From Lingula anatina (lineage: Eukaryota > Animalia > Brachiopoda), in NCBI GenBank assembly GCA_051362555.1, contig CM120641.1:4278001-4342000 (forward strand): 64,000 nucleotides of DNA. The letters run 5' to 3'. Within the stretch, counting starts at the first letter, position 1; the number at the start of each line of letters is the position of its first letter. This document shows positions 11,906-25,200 of this stretch, in pieces. A program made the position numbers and the translations under genes. The notes under the pieces are model-generated. The model had not been told where the DNA came from. It was given only the letters and a program-made list of their open reading frames with translations, and searched no databases.

Positions 11906-14900
11906 CATGAAGCATTCTCGAAAATTGTTGGCTGCCGTAGTTGCTGCGGCGGGGTACATAACCTAACTTAACCTAATGAATCTTACTTCCTCTTTCGGAG
12001 GAAGGGAAGGGAGTACGCTCTTTTGCCATTCCAAACCAGCAAAGAGAGGCACTCTTGTTCAACATCCCTTATTAAAAAAATTCTGATATTTAATAATTGG
12101 GCAACTTAATACATTTATTCAGAATTTGCTGAGCAGCGTGTTAACGTAATTAGACAATGAATAATCTCAGCAATGAAGATGAATATTTTATAAGCTGTAT
12201 AAATTATATTTAAATTGAATTCAACACATAAAATGTCGCATCTACTAACAGGCTTTAAATTAATATGAATACTGAAAAAAATTGCTACGGGTAGATTATA
12301 TATACATGTAGCTGCAAAAACTGAAAGAGACGTTATGTGGGCACATAGAAATGTTACAACCCGCACTTGCCCCTGGAGTTCGAATGGCAGAATTGGCATA
12401 ATTACTAATATATTAGTTTAAAGTCAACAAAATTTAGCATGGAAATGTTAAATTGATATCTTTATGGAAATTAATGTTTTTTGCACTCAAAAATGGATTT
12501 ATGGAGGAACTGTTTCTCACATCACTTTGTGTAGCCACCTTTACATCCCTGTAACATTACCCCCACACAAAATAAAAAATCCCCAAGAAATGCGACATCC
12601 ACAATAAGTAAAGGTGAGATTGAGATTTCTTTGTTAACTCCCTATTATCACAAAATTCTATATCATCACAGAATTTTTTTTTCTTGAATAAAAAAGAAAA
12701 TCAAATTATCGTATTGTCCAGCATACCTTTCATTATCTGAACCAAATTTAATCTTGGTACTACATGTATGACATTTCCCAAGTTGGGCCAAAAAGAAGGG
12801 GGTTCGATGTTTATCTAAATGGTTACTGAGGAAGACTACTTGTAAAAGCTATTAATACAAACAATTGCCAGTTAGCTTATCGCACAGCGGTATAAATGAT
12901 CGCTTTCTCGGTTCTTTTCCCGTAAGACAGCAACATACAACATGTTGAGAAATGGCCAAAACGTTTAATATTATTTTATAATTATATCCAGTGATTTCTT
13001 TTAGGATTGTTGCTTTCCTATGAGGGCAACAATCTAATGAATTTGGTTCAGTTTTGCACGTTTTTAATACTAACAAAATTAGCCTGCGTTAAGAGGATAC
13101 AGTATTACGAGGTGCAAGTTTATTTTACTGACACATTTTGTCCTCAACCTCAGTATTGTTTTTTTCGCCTGGTAACGGAGGTTGTGCAAATTACTTTCTG
13201 TGATATTGCGAGCAACAGTAACGAAAGTTTAAAATTTAGTCCGTCGTTTTTTTTTGTGCGAGAACTGATAAATCTATATTTTATTTAATTTCAAAGTTGC
13301 TAGACTGATGTTAGTTAGTTTAGTTGGACAAACAATTCTTCCACTTGCTTACTTTACATGAAATTACAAAAAAGAACTTATATAACGAGAATGAGTGACA
13401 GTGTACCTTTAACTGTCGCTTCGGCTCTTCTACTTTGTCGGCATAGAAATAAGTGTCTCATTCTTTAACGTCACAAATAGGACCACTGACATACCGGACA
13501 TACCTGACGTATTGTCACTTGCCCTGGGACCAAATAAAAAGGATTGGAAATCGAGATGAACGGAGTATCAGGTTTTCTGTTAGCTGGATAAATTTCGACT
13601 CAAACAGCCCATTTAATATTGACTCCATATAATTTGAGTAGATGGACACTTGTATCATACATAGGGGTAGACAGAAACCCACTTTTTTCAACATCGGCTG
13701 TCCTGAGCGCAGGAAGCTGGGTGTGGTGGGAGGGGGGGAGGGGGGCTGCCCATTGTTTCAATTCAGTCATTTACATAACTGCGTCGCGGTTTGATTCCAG
13801 CCAACAGATGTTATACTTGAAGGAAGTCCCAACATATTATTCTCCAACACCCCTCCCTTAATTAATTCTCCTTTTAAATGTTGAGCCCTCCACCTGCTAT
13901 TGCGTTCTCTCCCTAGTTTAAACGGGAAATTTTAAGACGTTTTGGATTCTGTTTATTCATCTGAGAGAAGTTTGAGACACATTTAGTGCTATTTGTTGTG
14001 TGCTACAAAGCAATAGTTGGTCCAAAGAAATTTCGATGAAAATATGGAAATTTAATAGTGCCTACCTTCTATACGTATTTGAAACGCGGAAGTTGTTTTG
14101 TAAATAAGTTTATCAGAAGCTGGCCTTTCACAAAATCTGATCATTGTTGCTTAAAGAAAACAACCCTTGGTTTATGCTTTGTATGCAAGTCTGCATAGCC
14201 AATAAAATTTCGCCCTTGGAAGACGGGTTCAAAGCCGACAGGTAAAGGGAAACCCCCCTTGGGATTTTTTCACCGATAGCCGGTCACTTTCTGGGAAGAA
14301 CTGCTGGTGTAAATAGCAACGTCTTTTATACCCCTGAATGGAGTATGTAAGGATATTTGTCATTTAAACAAGACCTTCACAGAAGTTTCATTGAATTAAT
14401 AAACTATGATTCAGCTAGTCAAAATTCTACACCAAGTTAAAAAACACGAACAGAGCATGTCATTCAGACATTTGAGAGTTGGAACTTCCCGAAAGATCGG
14501 TAACTATTTGACGTCTTTGGTACAATCAGAGCAGACATGGAAGGCGGTCTTGGCTGCCAGAGAAATGGAAGAGTAACTTTTCTAATCCTTACAGTTTTCA
14601 GTGCGTGGTCAGCAGGTAGGTCTCTCTCTCCCTCTCTCTCGAAAAAAAAAAAAAAAGAAAAAAATAGATAGCGATGGGTAAAAATTATAGACAATGATCA
14701 TGTACTGTAGGCCTAGTACCCAAATATTGAATTCCCCTTAGTCTAGAACCGTTTTGTTTCATGATGAAATGTTTATTTAAATTAGGGTCAAACTTGAGAC
14801 AGAGGGTACTAATTGGTAATTTTAATTAAGATCTATAGAGATGCTTGTACAGGGTTAGATTGTATTAAGGAGATGAAAAAATAAATTAAAAAAACATCTA

Positions 14901-15507
14901 TCTGAACATTTGATGGCGTTGAATTGAATAATCTTTCTTTTTTATGCCCTAGTCAATCTTATCTCACCATAAGGTATTGTTTACAGGCAGTGATCCTTGT
15001 TCTTCATACACCAATCTAACTGATCCATACAGAAATGTTTTGAAGGGACAAGGTGCCCCTGGAATTGTGAACTGTGACCGTACTTATCTTACTGCTAATG
15101 CATGGTACCGCTTCACTGGAGCTGCTGGAGACATGATGCCAGAGAGCGTAGGATTTTAACAATTGCTTTATCTATCCATCTTATTAAATGAATTTTGAAA
15201 ACATTCAGTTTCAGTGAAATCACCTTTTATCTTTAAGCAACTTCATGATCTAGAATGAATTCCAACTATTGCCTGAGCACCTTAATTTTCTTATCTCTGT
15301 ATACATGACACTCCAAATAATGCATACATGGACATTTAGAAAAAATGTTATTGCTACATCAAAGATCTGACAACTGAGTTTAAAGTAATTTAGATTTTAT
15401 CACCAATATTATAAAATTAAGTTTCAATCAACTTTTGTTAAAACAACTAACATCAGTTTTAAACCTCTTATCAAAAATCTGAAAAACCTTTCATGTCACT
15501 TAATTAA

Positions 15508-18500
15508 AGGGATAATAACTCTGCATTTTGGCCAAAAAATTAATTTTCCTGGAGTAAACAATAATTTACCCATACTTACCAGTGGTTAATGAATCAATTT
15601 TTATGTACAGACACAGATGTGTCTGTACATATTGCCATCACCTGCGTCTGTCGTCACTGTCATCGCTGCTGTCACCATCATCGCCATGCACTTTCAGCGT
15701 TAACACAATAAGTGGAAGACAGTTTTACTTTTTGGCTTTATATTTACAGAGCTGATGAATATTCATAAAACACAGGTCAAATTGAAAATCGGCATGATCG
15801 GGCCATTATTGTAGAAGTTATGCTATTTTTTCACTTTTCAGCATATATGCAACACTGTAAACACAATATAAGAAAAACAGATGGGCCAATTGTCATGAAA
15901 GTCACAGGAGTGGTCAATTATACTATAATGCAGTTTGAGTTCATAAATCAGCATAATCGTGCCATTATTTTAGAAGGTATGCTGTTTTTTCACATTTCCT
16001 CAGATTCAATTCTTAGGCATGTTAACAGTCTCATTATTAAACTAATAAGATACGTAAAAGCATTTGTTTTACATTTCCTGCATCTTTACAACATTGTCAG
16101 TCGATTATGTAAAAATGATGGTAAACTTGTCATCATGTATTGTGTAATAAAGTGTCAAAAATGGAAATAAACTCATATCATTGCAGTTTGTCAGATTCAA
16201 TCATTCACTATGTTCAGAATCTCAGAATGGAAGAAATTGGACATTTTACACTGCTCTATTGATATTTTCCCCATCTCATCAATTTTTTTAGTTGATCATA
16301 TAAAAATGGCAGTAAACTGTTAATTTTGTTTTATGTTAAAAATTGTTAAAAACGAAAAAAAAAAAAAACATTTCAGAACAGTGCTGTCTTGTTTCAATTT
16401 TTTTCAGCATTTATGTAGCACCGATAACACGATAAGTGGAAAACCGTTTTACCTTTTGGCTTGAAACTTACCGAACTGATAAATATTCATAATATGCAGG
16501 TCAAGTTCCAAAATCAGCATGATAGGAACATTTTTATGGAAGTTATGCTGCTTTTTCACTTTTTTCAGCATATATGCAACCCTGATAACACAATAAGTGA
16601 AACACCACTTTACTTTTTGGCTTGAAACTTACAGAACTGATGAATATCTATAATATGCAAGTCAAGTCCGAAAATTGGCATGATCAGGGCATTTCTATAA
16701 AAGTTTTGCTTTTTTTTCACTTTTTTTCAGCATATATGCAACACCTATCACACTTTTTATGGAAAATCGATTGGCCAATTGTCTTGAAATTCACAGTAGT
16801 TATCAGTGTTACTGAAATACAGATTAAGTATGAAAATCAGATTAAGTATGAAAATAAGCTTGATCAGTTAAAGTTTGGTGAAGTTATGCCTTTTTTTTGT
16901 ATATACAGTAATTGTTTTTTCCTCAAATTTAATTTTCAGAGTATGACTCTGAACTCTATGGGCTAGTCACATTTTCTGAATATCCATGATACTTTTATTT
17001 CATTATTTAAAAAAATATGGTTATTATGCTGTTAAGCATTGTGTAATATTGCATCAAAATTGATAGGACTGAAATACAGCTTCAGTTGAAAAATTGTCTC
17101 ATTAGTTAATTGTTTGGAAGTAATACAGGTTTTTTGTGAAAATTTTTATCTTTTACATGTTGCAATTTTCAATGTGGGACTTACAGCTCCCTTGGGCATG
17201 AAGCCCAGTGGTAATCAAATTTTCTTAATGTCCATGTTTTTAATAGTAGATATTTTAAAATTGGTGGTATTTATACAGTTAAGCATTATGTAATATTGCA
17301 TCAAAATTGACAAAAAACCTACTTTGTGCTCTGCCACCATTAATATTATGTAAAGTGTTACTTTCTATTTTTTTAACTAGTCTTACTTACAAGAATGATT
17401 CTTACAATTGACATACAGCTCATATTAGAAAACCAGCTCTATTGGATTATCATTTTTATTAAATTTATGCATTTTTTGTGAAATTTTCATTTTTCTCATT
17501 CTGGCACTTTCTAAGTATAAACTTGAACTCTGATGGGCCTGAAGCCCTATGCTTTTACTTTCGTCGGTGTTACCTGTTGTGCATAATTAAAATTTGAGGT
17601 TGACTGTGCAGTTAAACATAATATATTATTGCATCAGAATTGGCAGTCTCCTGTTTTTGTGCATTATTGTTTTCTGCTTTTCATAAGGTGTGACTTATGG
17701 GCCTGAAGACCTTTGAGAGACAAATTTGTGTGGTCAATCTGTAAATTCCCCTTGGGTATTCACTGGGCTAAGTTCAGTGCTATAAACTCATTTGCCTAAT
17801 TAATTGGCCATTAAATGCGATTTAATAAAGCACACTTGTTGATGTTTCCCTGTAAACACCCAAAGGTTAAGCTCTCTGCTAGTTAACATAATGTCCATAA
17901 TAAGGAAGCAGTGAATAGCAGCTTCATTGGAATTATATTTTTGTTGTTTTCTTTTTATTTTTTTTCTCCAACACTGGCATTTTCAAGATGCAACTTTTAA
18001 CTCCCATCCACCTGGGGCTCTGCACATTTTCTGTATTTCCACATAAGCAGTTGGTATATATGTCTTTAAACACTATGTAATATTATTTTATGCACTGTCA
18101 TCATTTTTCATATATTGGGACTTTCATCATGTGAATTTTAACTCTCATGGTCATGAAACTGTAATCTAATTGAAGGGGTGGATTGAGACCATTTTCTGGG
18201 TCTCCTGGAAGACAGTCAGATTTTAAAGTTTATATTGATGGGTATCTATTTTTTTTTCTGTTGGAAGAGCATCAAAATGGAGTATAGATCAACAAAGATA
18301 CTTTGGAATACTGCCAGAAAATATCTCTGGATCTGCCCCTGTTATTGACCATGTTACCTGTTGTGCATGATTAAAAATCAGTGTTGACTGACTGTGCTAT
18401 TATAAGCATTATTTATAATTGCATCAAAATTGACAAAATGACCTATTTTGCATCTTTTTTTTTCTGTTTTTTTTTTTTGTCTGTACATTTGAAAGCTTTG

Positions 18501-18764
18501 CTGCCTTGTTACATTGCATTCTTTGCGGCCTTGTTAGTCCCTGTTTTTTTTCTAAAATGTTTGTTTATTGTTATAATCTCTTAAGAGATTATAACAGAGT
18601 ATAGCCATCATTGGAGGTCATGTGGTCTAAAGACAAGCTCAGATATCAGAACAATAGCTATAACTGCTGTTTTTGTGGTAAAACAGAATATATTATATTT
18701 CTATGAGTTGTTCACAATGTTTTTATTGTGTAATATAGATCTCATACGAAGAGTTATTATCCCT
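15508..18764. mobile_element. Kolobok-like MITE copy 2, split by a nested 2.9-kb insertion
   Basis: Left ~95 bp (15508-15602) and right ~230 bp (18533-18764) match 2761-3102. TTAA flanks both sides (15504-15507, 18765-18768). Confidence 0.85.
15600..18535 (+). mobile_element. Helentron-associated non-autonomous element (HINE/DINE-1-like)
   Basis: 5' T-run, then palindromic subTIR ATGTACAGAC..GTCTGTACAT, a CGTC/GTC-like microsatellite and diverged internal tandem repeats (~15700-15960, 16400-16870). The 3' GTCTGTACAT at ~18479 is followed by a short terminal segment ending CTTGTT. No TSD is evident. Confidence 0.65.
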
Positions 18765-19124
18765 TTAATTGTCACAAGATATCTACATTAATAACCAGAT
18801 GTGGTGTTTTTTTCTCCTTAACAGTTAATGATTTTGTAATGAAGAACAACTATCTAGGGTTTAAAATAGTGATCAAGAATTAATTTAAAATACCATGCTA
18901 ATGGTTTGTTATATCTTTTAACAAATTTACAAATTTACTGAATTGTCCTTTTATCCTTGGACAAATAATGCCTATTCCTAGTATTTGTCCAAGTTTTATC
19001 ACAACTTTGATAAAAATTAGTAATATTTTTTTACACAGTGTGTGCCAAAATTTAGTTGTGGTACACATGCACCAATGTGGATACGAGGGACACATCCTGG
19101 ACAAAATGATGGTGTTGTGAGTCG

Positions 19125-19298
19125 GGGGCCGTAGCGATAGTCCGAAGGTTCAATAGTCCGAAGGTTCATTGGTCCGAAAGTTCACTATAGAACCTTCGGA
19201 CCAATGAACCCTTGATTAAAAAATCGATGAAAATGTTACCACTTTTCGGACCAATGAACCTTCGGACCAATGAACCTTCGGACTATCGAGACGCCCCC
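19125..19298. mobile_element. 174-bp MITE with 8-bp TSD inserted in a coding exon
   Basis: Imperfect TIRs GGGGCCGTAGCGATAGTCCGAAGGTTCA...TGAACCTTCGGACTATCGAGACGCCCCC. The perfect direct repeat GTGAGTCG lies at 19117-19124 and 19299-19306. Confidence 0.92.
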
Positions 19299-19471
19299 GT
19301 GAGTCGTACTGCATGTGCCCACTGGTACAGTGACTGTTGTCATTGGTCAGCTACTGTTAATATCAAGATGTGTCCAGGAAGTTACTATGTTTATCAGCTC
19401 CCCATAACTCCAGGGTGCAGTTTAACATACTGTGGTGGTAAGTTTTGGTGTGCTTATACAATAAAATCCAA

Positions 19472-19739
19472 CAGAATGGATGCTCTGAGCACTTACTCTT
19501 CTGCCAACTAAATATGGCTGACCACAGTTCAAAAACGGTGCTGCTGATAATCTCCCAACTCCACACATGCCTTATAATGGATTACATCTCTGCTCCAAGG
19601 TTTAATTGCTAGGCCCCTGCAGCAACAGTGCTTGTGGAGGCAGAGAGACCATCAGGAATCAGCTGCATTGCCTTTGAACTGTGGTCGATCATATTTAAGT
19701 TGGTGTATCAGTAAGTTAGTACTCAGATAATCCATTCTG
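19472..19739. mobile_element. Old MITE with ~60-bp degenerate TIRs
   Basis: CAGAATGGATGCTCTGAGCACTTAC...ATATGGCTGACCACAGTTCAA is mirrored by TTGAACTGTGGTCGATCATAT...TACTCAGATAATCCATTCTG. Confidence 0.6.
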
Positions 19740-19852
19740 AAGTGGGTCTATGTGTGTCAGCTGCCCTCAATTCCAAATTGCCAGAAATTAAGCATACTGT
19801 GGTGGTGAGTACTGGTGTGCTTATGATACAATAAAATTCATTACTTATATAT

Positions 19853-20230
19853 CTATTACCTCCAAAAAGGTTTTGTTTTTAGCTTTATTTATCTGTCCTT
19901 TTATCCCTTTGTCTTTTTGTTTGTAAGCAACTTTGTGGATAAAGTTTCAGAAACTTTCAGGAGTGGACCAAGTAAATTAAGGAATGATTACATTTTGTCA
20001 ATGATCCGTTTGATTATTCGTTAATTATTTGTCTGTGAGCAACATTATTTTTCACTGTTGGGAAGGGACCAAATAATGAACAATTAGATTTTGGTGATGA
20101 TCTATTAATTAGTTAATTAAAAATATCTGTTTGTCTGTTAGCAACATAATGCAAAATGTTATGGAGGTATTTTGATGAGACTTTCAGGATAGGTCAGGGA
20201 TAGTTTGATTTTGGTGGTGATTAATTAATT
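19853..20230 (+). mobile_element. Degenerate HINE-like repeat relic
   Basis: TATTACCTCC..AAGGTTTTGTTTT start, TCTG/TTTG microsatellite-like tract, and three diverged units containing AGCAAC...ACTTTCAGG...GATTTTGGTGATGA. Confidence 0.4.
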
Positions 20231-22263
20231 AAATAATGTGTTTATTAATCAGATTATAGCTAATTAATGAATAATAATAATGAGAATATTCAGCTGCCAT
20301 GGTGGATGTATGAAGCTCTCTGAGTGCTTTTCTCGATATTTCATTCTATTTTTTATAGCATGTGATGATAAAATAGAGGAGGGTTGGTTCAGATTTGACA
20401 TGATAACTGGAAATGATATGCCTGTGACCTGCCATTTTGAAGGAGACTGTGGTACAGATAATCCCATATGGCTGAATGGTAGGTACCTGTACTGTAGCTC
20501 CCTAAGGGAGGGTGAGCTTTTTGGCATGAACTGAGTTGGCTAAAGATAGTACACCTTTGTAAACAGATTGTTGAATGATTGTCTAGTGGCCATGAGTGCA
20601 TTTTCTCACAGAATTGATACCAACTTTGCAATTTTTTTTTACCTTTGCGATTATTTTTTTTTTTTTACCTTTGCAAATTTTTTTTTACCTTTGCACCTCA
20701 AATCCCAGGGGGGGCAGCTGCCCCCCCTGCCCCCCCCCTCCCCGGAGGCTACGGCCCTGGTACAAGGTCATGATAATCTATGTACCAGCACAGAAATAGA
20801 TTGAATTGAATTATAATAATTATTAACAATAATAGTAAAACATTCATTGCAGAGAGCAGGAAATAGAAAAAAAAACATTGCCATTTATCACTAAATTTGG
20901 GACATTCAATGCACTTCCTCTATCACATTTTTGTTTCACAGGTTCCTTGCCCTCTGCTGATGATGGTATCATTAATGGAACTGTATGTGTAAAGAATTCC
21001 ACTGTTTGCTGTGCCAAGACATATGACATACAGATAAAGAATTGTTCTACATACAATGTGTATCATCTACCACCTGTGAGTCGGTGTTCTGAGCGTTACT
21101 GCATAGGTGAGTGATTGTCTCATAATTTTTCATTGATAATGAGCTAGGATACCTTACTGGAATTTTAAAGTGACTGTTTGAACTGTAATCTATAATTTGT
21201 TCATTTTCTCACCTGGCACCCCCCCCCCCCCCTTCCAGAAAAAAAACCCCTTAAATGTGCATTAATTTGAAATATGAGCATGTTTTGCAATGCATAAAAA
21301 TTAAAATAAAGCATTGCATGTAACTGCATGATGAAAAAATAATAAAACACAGCAGCAAGGTTTAATTAGACATGCATTTTTAATGGTTGTACATGGAAGA
21401 GATGACTCTAAAAGTTTTCTTTCTTCATCTGTTTTATAACTTATTTAGGTGATAAGGCACTCTGTCCCCCAGGAACTCTATCAGAAGATGGTTTTGAACC
21501 AGGTTGTTCAGGTAAGGTCTTTATTTTTATTTAAGAGTTATGCATATGATACAAATTTTTTTACATTTTGTGTAAGACTTGACAAACATAAATATAGATG
21601 GATAACTTCAATTTCTTGAATACATATTATTTTAATGAATTATCAGCAGTATGATCTTAATAAAATCAAGTCAAAATAAAAAAGATTAGCAGTTTCATGA
21701 TGTTAATTAAGTATTTCATTCTGTTAGATAATTTCCCAAATATAACACAGCAACCAGACATTCAAGTTGATGAAAGAGTTGAACGTTATATTTTTGGAAA
21801 TATACCAAAAAAGGAGCTTATATTCACCTGCCTGCCCTTCTATGATCAAGTCCCTGCAGACAAGCTGTCTCTGCTCTTCTTTGATGTGAAATGGTACATT
21901 GATTCACAACTTGTCCATGAGGAAGACAACGTTGATGTGGCTGATTTGCCTGCTCAGCTCAGAGAAAGTGTCTGGCTGAGCAAATCCATTACTCTTGGCT
22001 TTCAGGTGAGGGGAATCATGTGATATTTTAATGGTTCCATTGTGAAGTTAATTGATTAATTAAACTGCAATGTGTTTGATGATTGATGGCATTTTATAAG
22101 GTCTTTTTCTGCTTTAGACCATAAGATGAAGCAGGGTCCCGGATGATATATATATATATATACGTATATGCCGTACTTTACTGAGGCATATAAAATTTTA
22201 AAGAAAATATAATTTAATATTTGACTAATATTTCCAGGTAAAATGCAGTGTAAAGGGAAAGTA

Positions 22264-25200
22264 CCCTTACGAAAATTTCCTATAGGATCCTATAGGATTC
22301 CTATAGGATCCTATAGGATCCTATAGGAAATCTTATAGGATCCTATAGGGCACCTTTCCTATAGGATTTCCTATAGGATCCTATAGGAAATTGTTGTAAG
22401 TTAAAATCTTGAGAAAAATGCATAACTTATAAACAAATATCATTCTAAACAATAGATATTTGATATAAGTCAATCTTATCAGTTTAATTGTCAATTATAT
22501 ATCACTATTAAAGTAAAAATGCTTTTTATTGTTTGTAATGCACAATCTTATAGTCTTCTATAGGATTCTATAGAAAAATTCTTTAATTTATATTTTAAAG
22601 AAATCTTGAAAAATTGATCATTTGTAAAGTAATCTTCTATGGAGAAGTATTTTATCATTAGGAATGATTTTGTACCAAATCACTGAAGCTGAAATTATTT
22701 TCTAAATTTATGTTCAGACCATTACAAAAATTCCTATAGGAAATCTTATAGGATCCTATAGGAAATCTTATAGGATCCTATAGGAAATCTTATAGGATCC
22801 TATAGGATTTCCTATAGGATTTCCTATAGGATCCTATAGGAAATCTTATAGGATCCTATAGGAAATCTTATAGGAACCTATAGAAATTTATATTAACTGC
22901 TTTGAATATTTTTACAGCTTTTTATATATTGTTGGATCTTTGGCAAAATTGGTAATAAGCACTGGCCCCTCAAAACAAAAGATAATATCATGTTTACATT
23001 CTTTATTCAATATTTATAAATGTGTATGTATAAGGAATTTTTATAAGGCCAGGTTGAATGAAAAATAATGAATCTGGTTTAAATATCAGTATATGATTTT
23101 GATTTTTAATTTATGTTCAGACCATTATAAAAATTCCTATAGGATCCTATAGGAAATTTTATAGGAATTTTTATAGGAACCTATAGGAAATCCTATGCTA
23201 ATTCATACAGGGAATTTTTATAAGGCCGGGTTGAATAAAAATAATGAGTCTAATCTAAATATCATTATATAATTTTAATTTTTAATTTATGTTCAGACCA
23301 TTCTAAAATTCCTATAGGATCCTATAGGAAATCTTATAGGAATTTCTATAGGAAATCCTATGCTAATTCATCCAGTGATTTTTTATAAAGCCGGGTTAAA
23401 TGAAAAATAATGAAACTGGTCTTATTATCAGTATATAATGTATTTTTACTTTTTGTGTGATCATAATATTCACTTACTTCATATTTCTTCTATTATATTG
23501 AAAGTCAACCTCATCTAATCAGATTTTACCTGACCTTGGCTGTGTTAAAAAGTGAAAGTGCAATTCTGCCTAATATATAAAATATAATGTAAAAGCATAA
23601 GTGCAAACAGCATGGGTATAGTACTGTCCCTCATAAAGGATGGGAAACGAGGATAAATTAATATGTTTATAAAGACACATTTTATTATAAACCATGCTCA
23701 ATCACTTGTAAGGTTTAACAGTCAACTGATGTCAGCCATAACCACAGATTCAACAACTGTGAATTTCTTTTGTTAGCCTGGCACCTATTCCCTTACGAAA
23801 ATTTCCTATAGGATCCTATAGGATTCCTATAGGATCCTATAGGATCCTATAGGAAATCTTATAGGATCCTATAGGGCACATTTCCTATAGGATTTCCTAT
23901 AGGATCCTATAGGAGATTGTTGTAAGTAAAAAACTTGAGAAAAATGCATATCTTATAAACATATATTATTCTAAACAATAGATATTTGATATAGGTCCAT
24001 TTTATCAGTTGAATTGTCAATTATATATCACTATTAAAGCAAAAATGCTTTTTATTGTTTATAATGCACAATCTTATACATGTAGTCTTCTATAGGATTC
24101 TATAGAAATTCTTTAATTTCTCTTTTAAAGAATTTTTGAAAAAAATTGATCATTTTAAAGTAATCTTTTATAGAGAAATATTTTATCATTAGGAATGTTT
24201 TTGTACCAAATTACTATTGGATCCTATAGGAAATCTTATAGGAATTCCTATAGGAAATCCTATGCCAATTCATATAGGTAATTTTTGTAAGGCCAGGTTG
24301 AATGAAAAATAATGAATCTGGTTTAAATATCAGTATATGATTTTGATTTTCAATTTCTGTTCAGACCATCAAAAAATTCCTAAAGGATGCTATAGGAAAT
24401 CTTATAGGAATTTCTATAGGAACCTATAGGAAATCCTATGTTAATCCATATTAATTGTGAATTTTTATTAGGCCAGGTTGAATGAAAAATAATGAAACTG
24501 GTCTAAATATCAGTATATAATGTATTTTTACTTTTTGTGTGATCATATTCACTTCATATTTCATATTTATTGAAAGTCAACCTTATCTAATCAGACTGTA
24601 CTTGGCTGTTGTGAAAGTGCAATATTCCTGCCTAATATATAAAATATAATGTAAAAGTAAGTGAACATTTAGGGTAAAGTACTAGATGTCCCTCATAAAG
24701 GATGGGAAACAAGGACAAATTAATGTTTATAAAGATAAATTTTATGCTCAATCACTTGTAAGATTTAACAGTCAACTCAGGCCCGTAGCCAGGGGGGGGT
24801 TCGGGGGTTCGAAAGAACCGCCCCTTTTGCTGGAAAAAGGTCCACTCTGGGTAAAATTTGATCTAGGTACATGACGTTTTTATGGGAAAAGGTCCACTTT
24901 TCCAGAAAAAGAACCCCCCTTTTGAAATTGCTGGCTACGGGCCTGCAACTGATGTTAGCTAGAGAATGCCCTACTCCACCAACCATAACCATAGATTCAA
25001 CAACTGTGAATTTCTTTTGTTAGCTTGGCACCTATTATTAGGTCACTACTCCTGTAGCTATTGTTACACTAGTAACAGTAACCGCCTATTAGGTGTTATC
25101 AGATGCGTGGTATCCTGTCTAAGTCTTTGTTTATATGAGACAAGCAGCAAATGAGTGTACAGCTATCAAGCCAGTTTAAATTCAGGAGCATAGTGGAAGG

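Noticed and set aside
19790-19840. Second copy of the exon end CATACTGTGGTG|GT as an alternative exon
   Set aside because: Only ~50 bp around the donor is duplicated, and I found no matching acceptor or exon body upstream.
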